Positions 48,471 through 62,766 of a stretch of 64,000 nt of DNA are shown here, one piece after another. The notes under the pieces were generated by a model, which was not told the origin of the DNA, made no database searches, and saw only the letters and a program-made list of their open reading frames with translations. A program made the position numbers and the translations under genes. This DNA comes from Negaprion brevirostris (taxonomy: Eukaryota). The DNA lies in contig JARDVH010000110.1 in NCBI GenBank assembly GCA_030324005.1, positions 32,445,505 through 32,509,504 of the forward strand. Direction: 5' to 3'. The stretch's first letter is position 1, and every line of letters starts with the position of its first letter.

Positions 48471-49350
48471 GGGGCGATTCTCCCATTGCGACCCGTAACT
48501 TTTCTGGTGGGTTGGGGTGGAAGATGTGCATTGTCAGCCTTTTTCTGAGACTTGTGCATGTACCGGGAACACATGCACATCTCCCAGAGCCAGAGAACAG
48601 TCAGAGTCCAGACCATGCTGGAAACCAGCAGGGAAGACAGGTAAGTGCTTGGAATCTTTTAAAAATGTATTTTAAATATGTTTAGAATTTCATTATCAGG
48701 AAAATCACCGGTCCCCAATTGAATCTCCCACCCTATCAGGAGTATTTCTTTCCAATAGGGTTTAGAGTAGTTCCCCACGTTCGGGGAACTAGCGAGAGAA
48801 ACCACCGGAAAGAATGGAGGGTAGTTGGGGTCCCCCAGGGGTCAAGCCATGCAGGGTGGTGCCCCCTAGCATGGGCACCCTGGCAGTGTCCAAGGGGCAA
48901 ACTGTCCATGCCCAGGGGCAGGTTGGCACTGCCCACCAGGCATGAGGCAGTGCCAAGGGGCAGGGCCTATTGTGGGCAGTGCTAAGGAGCAATCATTGGG
49001 GGGTGGGGGGGGGGGGGGGTTCCTCTNNNNNNNNNNNNNNNNNNNNNNNNNNNNNNNNNNNNNNNNNNNNNNNNNNNNNNNNNNNNNNNNNNNNNNNNNN
49101 NNNNNNNNNNNNNNNNNNNNNNNNNNNNNNNNNNNNNNNNNNNNNNNNNNNNNNNNNNNNNNNNNNNNNNNNNNNNNNNNNNNNNNNNNNNNNNNNNNNN
49201 NNNNNNNNNNNNNNNNNNNNNNNNNNNNNNNNNNNNNNNNNNNNCCAGAACTGTCCGACTCCGGCGCGAATAGACCCTGCCCCCCCCGCCCGGTTTTGAA
49301 TGAGATTCACGACAGGGACCCCTGCAGTGCACAGTGTGGGGAGATTCAAG
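48471..49350. mobile_element. Non-autonomous Harbinger-like TIR element inserted in CR1
   Basis: Starts ggggcgattctccc, ends ggggagattc; GC-rich internal repeats; CR1 resumes near 49390. Confidence 0.6.
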
Positions 49351-49389
49351 TGTGAGGTTGAACTGAGAAAACAGTCGTGATCTAGACCA

Positions 49390-49800
49390 GTTTTCCCACC
49401 AATACAGCACTTTTGGGAGAATTGCCCCCTTTGTTTCCATTTCTGTCCACGACACTTAAGGATGTGAAATCATTATTGAGAATGCAGAAAAGATTTATGA
49501 GAGTGGTTCGGGATGGATGGTTTGGTAAAGCTGAGGCTATTTACCTTACAGAAGAGAAGATTGAGAGGAGTTTCTTAGCGATGTTAAAAATCAAGTGGTG
49601 TCTGGACAGAGTAGATAGGGAGAAGTTATTGCTAAAAGGTTCATGAATCAGAGGACATTGACTTCAGGTTAACGAGAACAAAACCAAAGGTGGCAGGAAG
49701 AAAAACATTTTTTCTATAGCGAGTGGTTACAACCTGTAATGCATTGACTCAGATGGTGGTGGCAGAAAATGCAATATTCAAGGAGCTGTGCTAGATATAT
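49390..49800 (+). mobile_element. CR1 3' fragment (continuation of 48030-48470)
   Basis: LRMQKRFMRVV...LDRVDREKL. Confidence 0.75.
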
Positions 49801-52689
49801 TACACAAGAACAAATATGGGGGTGAAGAAGAAGTACTGAAATTTTCATCTTCATTATCTGGTTGGTAAACTGACAATATTCACTTATCCTTTTAAAAATA
49901 ATTTGTCAATCCATTGATGTCAAGAGAAAGTAATAATTGGATGAGTGCTATATCTGGTTAACACCAGTTTACCCCACCAGTTTAACACCAACCAGTGAAA
50001 ATAAAAATTACCCTCAAATCAACCATTAGCACCTTTAACACCTTTAACTGTTGAGTTAAATAAAAAGCAAATTTTCTACGGGAGTCCATTACTGACTATT
50101 TTTTATCAAGAAGTACCCACTTAACCATTACAAGGCAAAAGGTGCAGATTCCTCAATGAGGGATGCATTTTTGGATCAATATTGTTCGTTATGATGCAGA
50201 TGATGTGAGACACAGAACTGCTTTTCATTTGTACACCGAACACAGAGATATTTAGGTTGTTGCCTGTCTATTCTGTCTGAGACTAAACAAAATAAAGAGA
50301 AGATTGGTATAACACCTTATAACATCCTGAGCCAATACAAAGTGCTTCACTTTCAATGAATTATTTTTTGAAGTGCAATCATTGTTGCTAAATAAACAAC
50401 ACCGTAATTAATTTGTGAGCAGTGAAGTCACAAACATAGTTTTCTTGCTCTGCACTTGACTATTACTGAAATGCTTTTTCACCTTTACACTTAAATGTTG
50501 GAGGCCATTTTCAGGATTGTAATCACCTTCATTACCAGCCACACCTTTGACCCATACAGCAGAAGGATTTAACCCCCTCCCTGGACCAAACAATATGGAA
50601 CACCACCCACACTCGCAAGACATAAGTATGTCCTTGAACATCAACCCAAAATTCAGACCCAGAGTTTTGGTCTCCATTCACCGAGAGTGTATAGATTGTG
50701 GTTTGCAACCTGTGCTTTCCAGAAGCGGGAATACTACCACAGAACCAAAAGGCTCGCTCTGATGTTACTATGGTGACTGATAATGTTAATTAGTTATTCA
50801 AAGGGAGGATTGCTATGTACAATTTCAAACACTATTGTGAGAAATTCAGTCCTTGCAACGTCAAAGATACAAATGCAGTTCTATTACATTTGCAAATTGA
50901 ATGGAGCTTAGCCACCAGACACACCAGGGAGTCTCCCACATTAAAGAGTAAGCTTTCATCTCTGCGTAATAACCATGATTGACAGCCCAATGGATCGAAC
51001 CTCCATTTCATTGAATTAAGGACAGGCTGATGCTTTTATAGAGTAGAATGAAGCAATCTCACTTTTAAAATTATGAACTATTTGGGCTTTGTAAAGTTAG
51101 AAAGCTAGCAACCTTTGTTTCTTTCATAACCTAGACATTTAGGAAACTATTTGCACTGCAAGATCTGTACACTGTTCATTTTTGTACCAAATAATTGTGT
51201 AAAATGAACCATGTGATGATATGCAGCTGGGCTTTGTCCCTGTCTCACGCCATGTTCCATACAAGGAATGAGCATGTACAGGTGGTGTGTGATGCATTCC
51301 AGAGGTAAATATTCTGACTAAGGTATCTCTGCTATGACTAATGATCATACTATAATTTATCTAAATACTGGACAGGAAAACACACTTGCCAGGTCATGTA
51401 AGAATGCAAGGATCACATTCAGGAGAGAGCAGTGACATTGAATTATAGCAGAAAACTCCCATATTTGTTCCACAGAAGAAGTAATTAAGGACGGCAGAAG
51501 CAGCAACTGTAAGTCTAACATGTTACAGAATTGAGGCACAAATGAATATTTTGAATTCATTAGAAAAGATACATTAATGAAGGCAAAAAGTTACACAGTA
51601 CTGAATATTAGGAGGTCAGAGGAGAATGTTGGGAGGTTATAGTGTGATATTAACTGTTTGAAGGTGATATTTCCTGGGGAAAATCAATAGGAAGAGATGG
51701 GTAACAAACAAAGGAAAAGAATGTACCAGGTCAAGAACATGAAAAAGGCTTGGCAAGGGAGTGGGAAAAAGGAAAATGGGAGCATAGATTGCACTCAGAG
51801 ACAGACTTACAATGAAACACATTGTACCTAGGAGGCCTCCATTCTGGCCAGTGGCTTTGGGCACCAATCATAGCCTGAGAGCTCTGAATTTGTTGACAGG
51901 TTCAAGAAATACAAATGAGCTATCAGCAACTAATGCAGAGCAATACCAGGCTCCGATTGGTGAAAACCTCTTAGAGTGGGAAAATAGTGTGCAAGATGAT
52001 TTGGTTACTTTGGAGGCGAGAGCAGGCAGCAGTTATGAGCTTCTCATATTTTTTAAAACAGCAGAATCCCAAGTTTCTTACCCAGGGCTGAAAAGGCCAG
52101 ATAACCAGGAGGGCAGCCTGAACCAACAGCAAGGTTGTGAGTTTATTCTGGGGGGGGGTGTTTGCTAGCTTGCGGTGAAGGCCAAACAAGGAGGGCAGGA
52201 GGTGGCCTGCAGTCATTGAGGGGAGCAGTGGGGATGGGGGTGGGGGGAGCGGATCTCGACCCCCACATTGTCAAGCAAAGGTGAGGTGCAAGAACTGAGG
52301 AGGAACCAATAATTGTCAAGGGAAGTAGCAGGGTGACTCGAACAAGCTGGCAGATCTGAGGAAGGCCGGGCAGTAAATCGAGGGTGAGGTGAGGGGGCCA
52401 GGTAGCCAAGCAGGCAGTCAGTGAGCCAGCAGAACAGTGAGGTTGTCATGTGAGCAGGGGCAATTTGAACCCCAGCCAGAGCTGAGGAGGGCTGGGCAAG
52501 CGAGGGCAAGGATAAGGTCAAACCATAGCCTGGCAGCCAATGCGCCAGCAGAACAGCAAGGTCATCGAGTGAGCAGGGCAACTTGAACACTGGAGTTGAA
52601 GAGGGCGAAAAGAGCCTGCTCTTTCAGAAAAATTGTTTGTTAAAATTAGTCAGTGTGAAGTGACACTATCAATCAAAGGTGCAGACAAT

Positions 52690-55111
52690 TGAAAGCAAGG
52701 CAAGAGGACAAAGCTTGGCAAAAAGATTGTTTGTCAGTTTACTTTGGAAAGTTTGAAATCTCGAGCATTGATCAAACTGCACATTCACCCTCATCCACCA
52801 AAACTATGGGTGAATTATCTGATGATTTTGACTTGCCAATTTCTGGAGATACCAGATTGCCTGAAAAGTTGAACAAGAAGAATTGGGCAGCGTGGAAACA
52901 ATTCATTCTTCTGCAGCTGAAGTGATGAAAGAAACCTACCCTGAAGACATTGTCTTTTTACCAAAATCTGTTCTACTGGGAATGATTGAATATTGTGTGA
53001 TAAATAGACCAGAGAAGATAGATGATATGAAATACTTGAGAAAAGAATTTGATGTTGGAGGTTGGAGGCTCAAAGCAGCTTAGAAGTCTTCATGAGTCCC
53101 ATTTTCTGAGAATGAAAAGAAATGGCATGACAGAAAGGAGGACTTGGTTGATTTTTTCAGAAACTTCTAAGGCAGTCTACTGTTACGTTTGCAAATTATT
53201 CCCTGACCCAAGTAAAGGCAAACACACATTCATCGACAAATACTCTAACTGGAGAAATATTGAAAGAAATCTTGTTGATAATGAAACTTCTAAAAGTCAT
53301 ATTAAGGCTAAATGTATATTCGTTCAAAGATTTAAATCATCTGGACGAACTGATTCAATATTATCGATTTAATTTATAAAGGAGTGTTGTTTCTGGAGGA
53401 AAGTGCTGAGACGTGCTGTTGCCATAGTCAAACTGCTGTCTTCCTTAAGACTTCCTCTAAAAAGGCATGATGAATCACTGGTGTCGAGTTTGAAGAGGTC
53501 ATTTTTTTTTTGGCTTGCATTGAATATCTCAGTGAATATGACAAGCTTCTCAAAAGAGCATTTGAAAAGCTATCTATATTGTAGCTCAGAGAACAACACA
53601 GAACCGATGATATTTTCATCACTATTATGACAGAGCAGCTCAGAAACCAATTCACTAATGAAGTTAAAGATGCCAAATACTATTCCATAATAGTTGATTC
53701 AGTGCAGATGTGAGTCATGTAGACCAATTAATATTAATGTTAAGATATGTGACCAGTGATGGTGAAGTTGTAGAGTGATTTCTCTGTTTTGTCCAGCTAC
53801 AGTCCCATACTTCTGAGCATTTGGAGACAGCTGTTTTGGAAATCATTGCAAATTTAGGTTTAGACATCAACAATTGTCGCAGGCAGCGCTTCAATAGTGC
53901 TGCAAGTATGGCAGGAAAATATTCAGGTCCACAAGCAAGTCTGAACAATGCAAGCCCCTGTGCATTATTCATCTCATGTTCCAGTTACTCTTTGAATTTA
54001 ATCTGCGGTGCAGCAGCTGAATCATGTGAGAAGCTGCACATTGTTTAACTTTGTTCGAAAACCTTCTTTGTAATTTCTATGCAACGCTGAAATCGCGCTC
54101 GGAACAGGCACATGGAAAACATTTGATAGTCAAAAGAACTTTTGACACCAAATGTTCCACTTGTGTAGATGCTGTTTTGCCTGAAACTGAACTTTGTGAT
54201 ATAAAGGAATGCTTATCAGACATAGCCACATAAAATTCGGAGAAACCATGAGTAAAAGCTGAAGCGAAATCCTTGGCAGAGAAGTTTGACAGGTACAATA
54301 TTGCAGTTTTTACTGTGCTGTGGAACCATTTAATTCAAAGAACCAATGCCATCAGCAAATCACTGAAAAGTGTTGGTACAATCTTTTTGATTGATTCACA
54401 AATGTTAGCCTTAGTTAGAAGTTTTGTCATGGAAGTTTGAAATGACTATATCTCAGTAGAAGCAGAGGTACTAACATTACAAAAAAATATGGATCCCTCT
54501 CATGGTGAGAAGCATGCAAGATGCAGGAAGTTAGTTTTTGAAGAAACTAGAGACAATTAAACCACATTAGAAGAGAAACAGAACATCACTGTGAAAACTG
54601 TCAATGTTATTTGTGACACAGTAATGGTGCAATTGCAGAGTAGAAGTGAATCTCTGAAGGAAACTGTTGAATTATTTCCCATGCTTTTCGACAGAAGTTT
54701 GGATGAGAATGCTAGGAGCCACAGCAGTAAGATATTAAATAAATTCTACTGAGAGGACATGGACACAAATCTTTTCGAAGAAAACAATTCATTCATCTTA
54801 TCGATGAGCTCAGTGCTTTCAGATCACCAGTTAATTTATATGAGCTCGTGAGTGATGGTTTGCAAGCAACCTTTCCAAATGTGGAAATCATTCCAAAAAT
54901 ATTTTTAGCAATACCTGTCACAAATGCTTCCAGTGAAAGTTCTTTCTCTGTATTGAAAAGGGTTAAAAATTACCTGCAAAGTACAATGAGTCAGGAATAT
55001 TTGACAAGTTCAGCAATATTGATGATTGAAAATGCACCATTACAAGACTTTACCTGTGAAGATGTTATTGATAATTTTGTGAAGAAAAGGTGCAGAAAAT
55101 TTGCTATCTAA
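52690..55111 (+). pseudogene. hAT-superfamily transposase (TTF zinc finger, DUF4371-like core, hAT dimerization domain; ZMYM1-like), heavily disrupted
   Basis: RRTWLIFSETSKAVYCYVCKLF; AKYYSIIVDS; CRRQRFNSAASMAGKYSG; ISCSSYSLNL; FPNVEIIPKIFLAIPVTNASSESSFSVLKRVKNYLQSTMSQ; many stops and frameshifts. Confidence 0.92.
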
Positions 55112-56534
55112 ATTGCCATGGATTGCAAACAACGGATAAAGCAAGCAATCTTAAAAATATGTCCCTCTCCCATTATCTCTTATTTAACTTCTATTTTTCA
55201 AACGGGATCATGTTTTGTTGGTCTGATATAATGGATGTTACCTGCAAACATTTGCAATCAGTGAGTAACCTCCATCATCCATTGCTCTCAATACTGGCCT
55301 TCAGAAAGTCTCTTCTGGACAAAAAATAGAATCCTGCCAGATGGTTATCAGCAAAACCACTGATATTGGACTTGGACTCACTAAACTTCACCTGATTGGA
55401 GTATTTGCTCCTATACTGGACTTTTTCTGGCTCATTCTGTCCTACACTGACCTGTGCTGTGCTACAGTTATATCTGGACTAGTTCAAAGCCTGCAGCAAA
55501 TGAAGCAATCTTGTAATCAAAGTTTGTTTATTCGACTTAAGAATCCTCCAAGAGTACATCTTCACACTGCTTTATCCTCTGGTTCACTGTTCTGTTTGGG
55601 TTTATCATCTTCTTTCTGTGTCTCCTGTTATCCTTCAATTCTGTCCAATCTCTTTTGTATATTTTTCCTTTTGAGTGCAATTGGAAGGGTGATGTTATAT
55701 TTTGTGACTGCACTGGGAAACAATATGACAAGGGTAGAGCAGGAATCATTTCCCTGATGTCCACATTCCTAGACACTTGGATCAAAACCCTACCACCTCA
55801 CCTGCCCTGGAATCGGGGGAGGGGAGTGGGGTGTGTGCAGCGGGGGGAGGGTGTGAGTTTCCAAAGCTGAAATCTCCGTTGGCTCGGGCGAGGTAGGAAA
55901 TTCTCGCCTGGGCAAGGCCGCTAAATCCCACTCATTCTTTTATGTTCTCTGAGTGTAATCAGAAGCAGTGCCACCGTAACACCACCCACCCCTTCCCCTC
56001 AGGGGACAAAGTGCTCAACCCTTCCTGCTGAAGTCAAGACCATCCCATGAGTGACATCAACCCCCACCCCAAATTACACCAAGACCCACCCATTGCCCTC
56101 CTGACTATGCCCACTCCCAACCATGCAAGTCACGAAAATGCAAAAAAAATCCACAAGTAACAAATCACTGCTTAACTGCTATAGTGCTTTTTAACTTATG
56201 AAAACAATTGGCTGTAATTGATCAATTGAATTCCGAACCTACCTCTTGTCAGCATTTCAGCAGAGATGCTCAATACTGGGTCCTATGTTTCTTGAGGTGA
56301 GCTAACATGGAACTGGCCAATGAGCAACGAGATGGAGGAATCAGCCCACAAATCTCTTGTCTATTCAAAAGAGATCCCCCCTTAGAGAGGCTGCAGTGGG
56401 TGTTAATTGGATGATCAGACCACATGATCCTTACTTACTGAAACTGATCTTAAAGTGATAACCACCACACACAGACATACAGCTGGCACCAGCATAAGAA
56501 TGACACAGGGAGAGAGAGGAGAAATTGTGCTCTT

Positions 56535-57165
56535 TAGCAGGGATTTTCTGCTCCTACTTTTCTCGGACAGATTTGGTGGCAGGAGCAGAAAATGTGGCAG
56601 AAAATCTCAAATTGCATTTTGGTCTGCTGTGAATGCACGGCATGATTGTCCCTTCTCCCCATCAGTAAAGTGGTTCAATTCCTGATATTTAACATCAGGA
56701 ACATCATTTGAACACCTTAGCATCTAATTATCAGATGTCTATAATCCGAATCATCTCCTCATCAGAAAATCCATTAATCTTGGCATGGGGATGGAGTGGT
56801 GTCCTAAGGTATGTACCTGATGAGCAGGCCTTCCAGAGGAGCTCAGGGTGAGTGCATCATTCAGAGGGGAGTGGGTCATGCCCAGACACTGCTCTGGCAC
56901 TGTAGGGTGGTAGTGCCACGGGTAGTGTCAGGGGGCTGACAGAGGGGGTGGTTCTAAGTGAACTCCTTTGTACTGAGGAGACCTTTAAAAATGATGCCCC
57001 AATCTTCAAGGAACCAAGTTGTTGGCAGGGTACCCACCTCTTGAGGTTTTTTTTTTCTGTGTCCTGCACTATACAGCGGAGAAAGCCACCATTGCTGCTG
57101 GCAGCTAAAACTGAACTTTTCCCACCTGCAATCGGCCTTTCCTGAATTCTTGGAAAACTCTGCGC
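56535..57165. mobile_element. Non-autonomous MITE-like element
   Basis: Starts cagggattttctg, ends ggaaaactctgc; architecture like 48471-49350. Confidence 0.45.
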
Positions 57166-58289
57166 ATTGATTTCTCGTGAACAACTCCACAGAAAATTCA
57201 TACATCCATAAATAGACAAAATACTTAGTTTTCTGTTAGAACCGAATGTGATGAATTAATTATTATAGTTGTATCATAAACTGTTACATTGTTGAAATTT
57301 TCATGAGCTGCCTCGGGATGTGTAACTTTGACAGTGATACTGCAACATTTGCCATGACACGAGATAAATTACTGCCTTGCAGTGTTACATAAATAGGCTG
57401 AGTGTGGTATTGTGTTAATATGTGCCATAATGTTATGGTATTTACTGACATTGCCATGTTGGCTTATCTATTATAACTTACTTACAGCCGTGTTAGGAAT
57501 TCATTTTTTGATTAAAATTGATGCAGTCTATAAATTATACATGTCTTTTGTTGTATTCAGTGTAAAGTTAGAAACATTCTTGAGCTGTAATGTTTAATTA
57601 AAAACACTCTGATACAGATATAACCTGTTTTCATAACTCTTTAATTGCANNNNNNNNNNNNNNNNNNNNNNNNNNNNNNNNNNNNNNNNNNNNNNNNNNN
57701 NNNNNNNNNNNNNNNNNNNNNNNNNNNNNNNNNNNNNNNNNNNNNNNNNTTCATGACTCTTTAATTGCAATGCACTTAATGATAGTTCGAGTCAAATATA
57801 AATCATTGGTACCTTTTGTCCTATTTAAATTTTTTTGGCCACTGAAAAGTTCACTTTGCAATTAGTGTGGAAGATACATTTGCTGAACCTTCAGGACTAA
57901 CGTGGAAGTGGCCTGAACGTTATGAAAGTCCACATTCAATTAAGCTATGCCTTAAATGTATTGTGGAAAATTAGATTTTAAATCAATTCTTTTTTTCCTT
58001 CATGGTAATGATTTCTACTGGCATTACATGAAACAAAATCTGCAATGATTGCAGCATTCGGTAGCTGTTGTGCTTCCTTAAGAACTACTTAAAAAGTATT
58101 TATATTGCAGTGTTATAATTGACAAGGCAATGGAAAGTCAAGAATTGATTGAGATTCATATTATTCTACTGAAAAGAAAACGCTATACTGCACAGACCAA
58201 GTAATCATATCTGCCACTATCTATATGAATAAAACACGTAGCAGATGGTTATTAGCAATATGCTGGCCTATATTTTATTGGCAATTTAA

Positions 58290-58405
58290 AAAATTATTTT
58301 GTGGAATGTGGGTGTTGTTGGCCAGACCAGCATTTATTGCCCATCCCTAATTGCCCTTGAGGGGGCTTTTAAGAGTCAACCACATTGCTGTGGATCTGGA
58401 TTCTT
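58290..58405 (-). mobile_element. 3' tail of the tRNA-SINE family seen at 20825
   Basis: ccagcatttattgcccatccctaattgcccttga...agtcaaccacattgctgtggatctgga. Confidence 0.75.
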
Positions 58406-58489
58406 TTGATGATTCTGCATTTAGTTAAGAATAAAATCTAAATGTGAGTATGCCTTGCTGTGTGCTTGTGTAAAGCTAAATAATAATCC

Positions 58490-59260
58490 TGCTACCAAAA
58501 TCCAATCCAACATCTTGCAGTAACAGCAGGCAGAAGCTTCTGGAGGTGATGGAGTCCCACCTCTGGCTGGAGAACAAGTGGTCAAGCAAGACCTCCGTGT
58601 CACCTCTTTTAAGAATGGCGCATCATGTACCATTCAGGTGCTTAATAGGCCAGCAGTGTGTCTTCCCCCAGAACAAGGAGTGCCATGGTGGAAGTTACAT
58701 CCGCTAAGAACTGTCAGTCAATCAGAGGCTGGCAGCTATACAGTCCTCAGCAGAGCATGGGGAGATGTGGCTGCTGCCAGTATGAAACCCACCCAAGGCT
58801 TTGGGTCATGAAGGGACCCAGTCACAGGTGAATGACAGTGGGAAGTGGGTCACAGCATTGAGGTAGTGGAAAGGGGGTCAGCAACAAGGCACACGTGTTG
58901 GCTTTCAGCACCATCCCCCTTCCTGATGCTAACTATCTTGATCAGGTAGTGAGTGTCTTTGAACGAGGGACCAACCTCCTGGGGAGCCCACAAACAAAAA
59001 CACCAAGGTTTATTTATCATGGCAAGACTCCACCAGCTGTTAGGTTAATGGAAGCAGGATGCGGCTTTTGAGTGGCATTAATTTCCTTCTTAAGTGCCTC
59101 AATTGGCAGTGGACAGATGGATTGGAGGGTAGTGGGGGAGGAGGGGCAGTGGCAGCCACCAACATGGGTTTCTGCCATGTACTTAAGCAGAATGGAGTTA
59201 GGAAGGTTTTGGAGTCCCCAGTCGCCAACCTCTCATTGGATTAAATGCTCCCCCAATTCA
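58490..59260. mobile_element. Degraded MITE-like element
   Basis: tcaatcagaggctggcagct motif shared with 4885-5585. Confidence 0.4.
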
Positions 59261-60439
59261 TCATGAGGGAGGCAACCCAATCTATTTTTATTCTGTCTGA
59301 CAACGTAACACCTCTAGGGAAAAGAGTCAAAGATAGTAAAGGCCAAGGTGTCTGTAACTTCAAATTGTAAAATATAAACAAATACCAGGATAACTAAGAC
59401 AAGTCAAATCATTCAATGTTTTAGCACAGGCCAATTGGAATATATTTAATAAAACAATGACAAAATCTGCAAGATAAATAGCTAAAACCAACAAGTTTAA
59501 GCTAAAAAATATGCTTCTGAATGGATTAATGAACAAATTAGAAGTGAGTGAAGGCCTCTATAAATCCTGCAAACAGAAAGGGAAATAGGTTCACTGAGAT
59601 CAATACAACAAAATGCAGAAAAACCTTAAAGAGGAGCTTAGAAGGGGAAGGTAAATAAAGAGTGAAGGCCCAAAACACATTTCAGAACAAGAACAAAATA
59701 AATCATATCAGAGAAGAGTTGAAATTAGAAGAGACCCAAATGGGCTTGAAATTGTTTGAAAGGATAGTGAACACAGATTCAATGGCACATTTCAAAATCA
59801 GATACAAATACTTGAAAAATAAATGTTTTCAGGGCTTTGGGGAATGAGCAGAGGATAGTTCTTTAAAAGGCCAGCAGATGCATGATAGGCTGAATAGCCT
59901 CCTGTTCTGCAATAAAATTATAAAAGACTAAGCTGAGGATAAGCACAAAATAATACGTTTTCTGAGTTGTTATTCCCTCAAGTGTTTTCAAAGGGAAAGC
60001 ATAAGCAGCATGCATTTCCCAAAAAGAGAGAATATATTTTAGATCAATGGCTATTACATAAATGAAATAGATTTCCTCCTAAGACGGTTAAAATGGTGAA
60101 AACAATTAAATCTTTAGTTATAAATGACATTTCTCAAAGCGTGCTGCAGAAAACTGGGCAAGAAATGTGATAAGCAGAGAATTCATTCTAAGAAAATCGC
60201 TAAACACTGGCCAAGTACCAATGCAATGGAAACACGTTTTAAGTTAACGCGTGCAAAAAGCCCTAAACACTTACAAGCTCTTTAGTCTTACTTCCATTCT
60301 ATCTAGCATCTAATTATAATGGAACAAATTATCACTAAACTTAAAGAGTATTTGGATTCCTGTCAGCATGGATTCAGAAAGAGAAGATCCAAGCTCACTG
60401 ACCTCTTTAACCTCTTAAAAAAAAAGGTCAACCTATATT

Positions 60440-61340
60440 GTGTAACATGATATACTTAGTGCTCAAAAGTCATGCAGAAATCTGCTTCATCAATGACCTT
60501 CTCTCCATCAGATGGTCAGAAGTGGCAACATTTGCTGATGATTGAATAGAATTCAGTTTGATTTGCAAGTCTTCAATAATGCAGTCCATATCTACATGTA
60601 GGATAACATTCTGGCTTGTGTTGAAACACTTGCACCACAGAAGTGCAGACAATGACCATTTCCAACAAGAGAAATTCTAACCACAGTCCCTTGATATTCC
60701 ACGCCATTACCATCACTGAATTCCACTCCCCCATCAATATCCTGACCAGAAACCCAACTGAACCATCCACATAAATACTGGGGCTAAGAGAATATGTTGG
60801 AAGTTGGGAATTCTGCAGCAAACAACTCAGCTCCTACCTCCCAAAACCTGCCCACCATCTACAAGGCACAAATCATGAATGTAACAGTATACTCCTCATT
60901 TGTCTGGATGAATTCGGTTCCAACAACACTCAAGAAATTCAACATCACCCAGAACAAAGCTTCCTGATTTGCCCCTCATCAATCACTTTAACCATTTACC
61001 TTCTCCATCGCTGTCACATAATGGCTGCAGTATCACCTAATGTTGCACTGCAGCAATTTGCCAAGGCTGCTTCAACAGGGCCCCTTTCACAAACTCTACA
61101 ACTGAGAAAAACAAGGGCAGCAGGCACATGGTAACACCATCGTATACAGGCTTTCTTCCAAGCCACATGCCACACTCACTTCAAAATATATCGCTGTTTC
61201 TTCACTATTGCTGTGTCAAAATCCCTTCCTAAGGGCACAGTAGTAAATCCAACGCCATACAGGCTGCAGCAGTTCTTAAGGCAGCTCGCACCACCTTCTA
61301 GTGATGGAAAATAAATGCTGCCACATCCCATAAATGAACT
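60440..61340 (+). mobile_element. CR1-superfamily LINE (second family), RT C-terminal half and tail
   Basis: FINDLLS...FADD RT motif; TIYKAQIMNVTVYSSFVWMNSVPTTLKKFNITQNKA. Confidence 0.85.
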
Positions 61341-61721
61341 AAGAAGATAGGATCAGGAACAAATGTCACTGCTGTGCAGAGCTCCAAATGGATGATATCA
61401 TTTTGAATTACTGCTTATGGAATAAATGTAGTAAGTGTTCTCATTTTATCTCATTTAAATCTCTCTACGCCACAGTGAGATTATCAAGCCAAATCATATG
61501 GATGACTTAGGAATCCAACAAGATAATCTATGATATCTGTCACTTCCCACATCAAATTTGCAAAAAAACCACCAAGGAAGCAGAAGAAAATGTAAGTTGT
61601 GCCTGTGACAGATAATTGAGGGAAATGCCTAGCAATTTAAATTTCTTAGACTTTGTTGATAAAATTTAGGATAATATGGATTGAAAGAAAGCTACCTGGT
61701 CCATCAAACAGCACATTTCAT

Positions 61722-62020
61722 TCAAGTTTATTTATTAATGACACTAGTAGGCTTACATTAACACTGCAATGAAGTTACTGTGAAAATCCCCTAGTCATCA
61801 CACTCTGGCAACTGTTTGGGTACACTGAGGGAGAATTTAGCATGGCCAATGCACCTAACCAGCATGTCTTTTGGACTGTAGGAGAAAACCGAAGCACCTG
61901 GAGGAAACCCACGCAGATATGGGGAGAATGTGTAGACTTCATCAGGCAATGACCCAAGCTGGGAATTCAGCCCAGGTCCTTGGTGCTGTGAGGCAGTAGT
62001 GCTAACCACTATGTTGCCCA
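61722..62020 (-). mobile_element. V-SINE, Rex1-like tail
   Basis: Head, V-domain and tail. Confidence 0.9.
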
Positions 62021-62766
62021 CAACATGTAGTGTGTCTACCAATCTGAGATGAATTACCTGGTGGGAGTTGAAAGATCATACATGAAGCATCCAAGAAGAA
62101 TTTTTTTCACAAAGCTCCAGGACATCAATCCAACATTATTGCTTGCGTTATTCAAGCCTGACTAATTGTATTTGCAACAAATATACTCCCAGCAGCATTG
62201 AAAACATTCTCTTCCATAAGATATTTCAACATTTATCTTACACACTCCAATGCTATTTCTAACCAAATACTTGTCAGACTTTTTTGAGGAATTATCACAA
62301 TAAAATTTGTTACGTTTGCTGTGAGATTTCCATTCCACACCTACCAGTCTAGCAGAAAATATCACATCAGGATTCACATTTGTAGCTTGTGAAATTCGAA
62401 CCTGTGTCTTCTCATTCTGCAATTGCAATTTAAATAACCTGTCACATCGATGTTATTCACATCCACCAGCATTTTAAAGCCAAGGATCATTTCTTCTCTA
62501 TATCTATTCTCCAATCAAATTCAATCCTGCCCATTTCTCTCATAACTTAGAAATAACATCCATATGACTGGTCCAGTATCCATAAGTCTGGTCCAGGCTG
62601 CATCGCTTGTGAACTTTCCCTAATGTATGAAGACTTTTCTAACAAAGACTGGAGTGCTCCAAATTNNNNNNNNNNNNNNNNNNNNNNNNNNNNNNNNNNN
62701 NNNNNNNNNNNNNNNNNNNNNNNNNNNNNNNNNNNNNNNNNNNNNNNNNNNNNNNNNNNNNNNNNC

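Noticed and set aside
52690-55111. Domesticated ZMYM1-like host gene
   Set aside because: Numerous stops, frameshifts and lost catalytic residues indicate a dead transposon copy.
55341-55757. 138-aa hydrophobic ORF downstream of the hAT relic
   Set aside because: No recognisable domain; hydrophobicity is explained by T-rich sequence.
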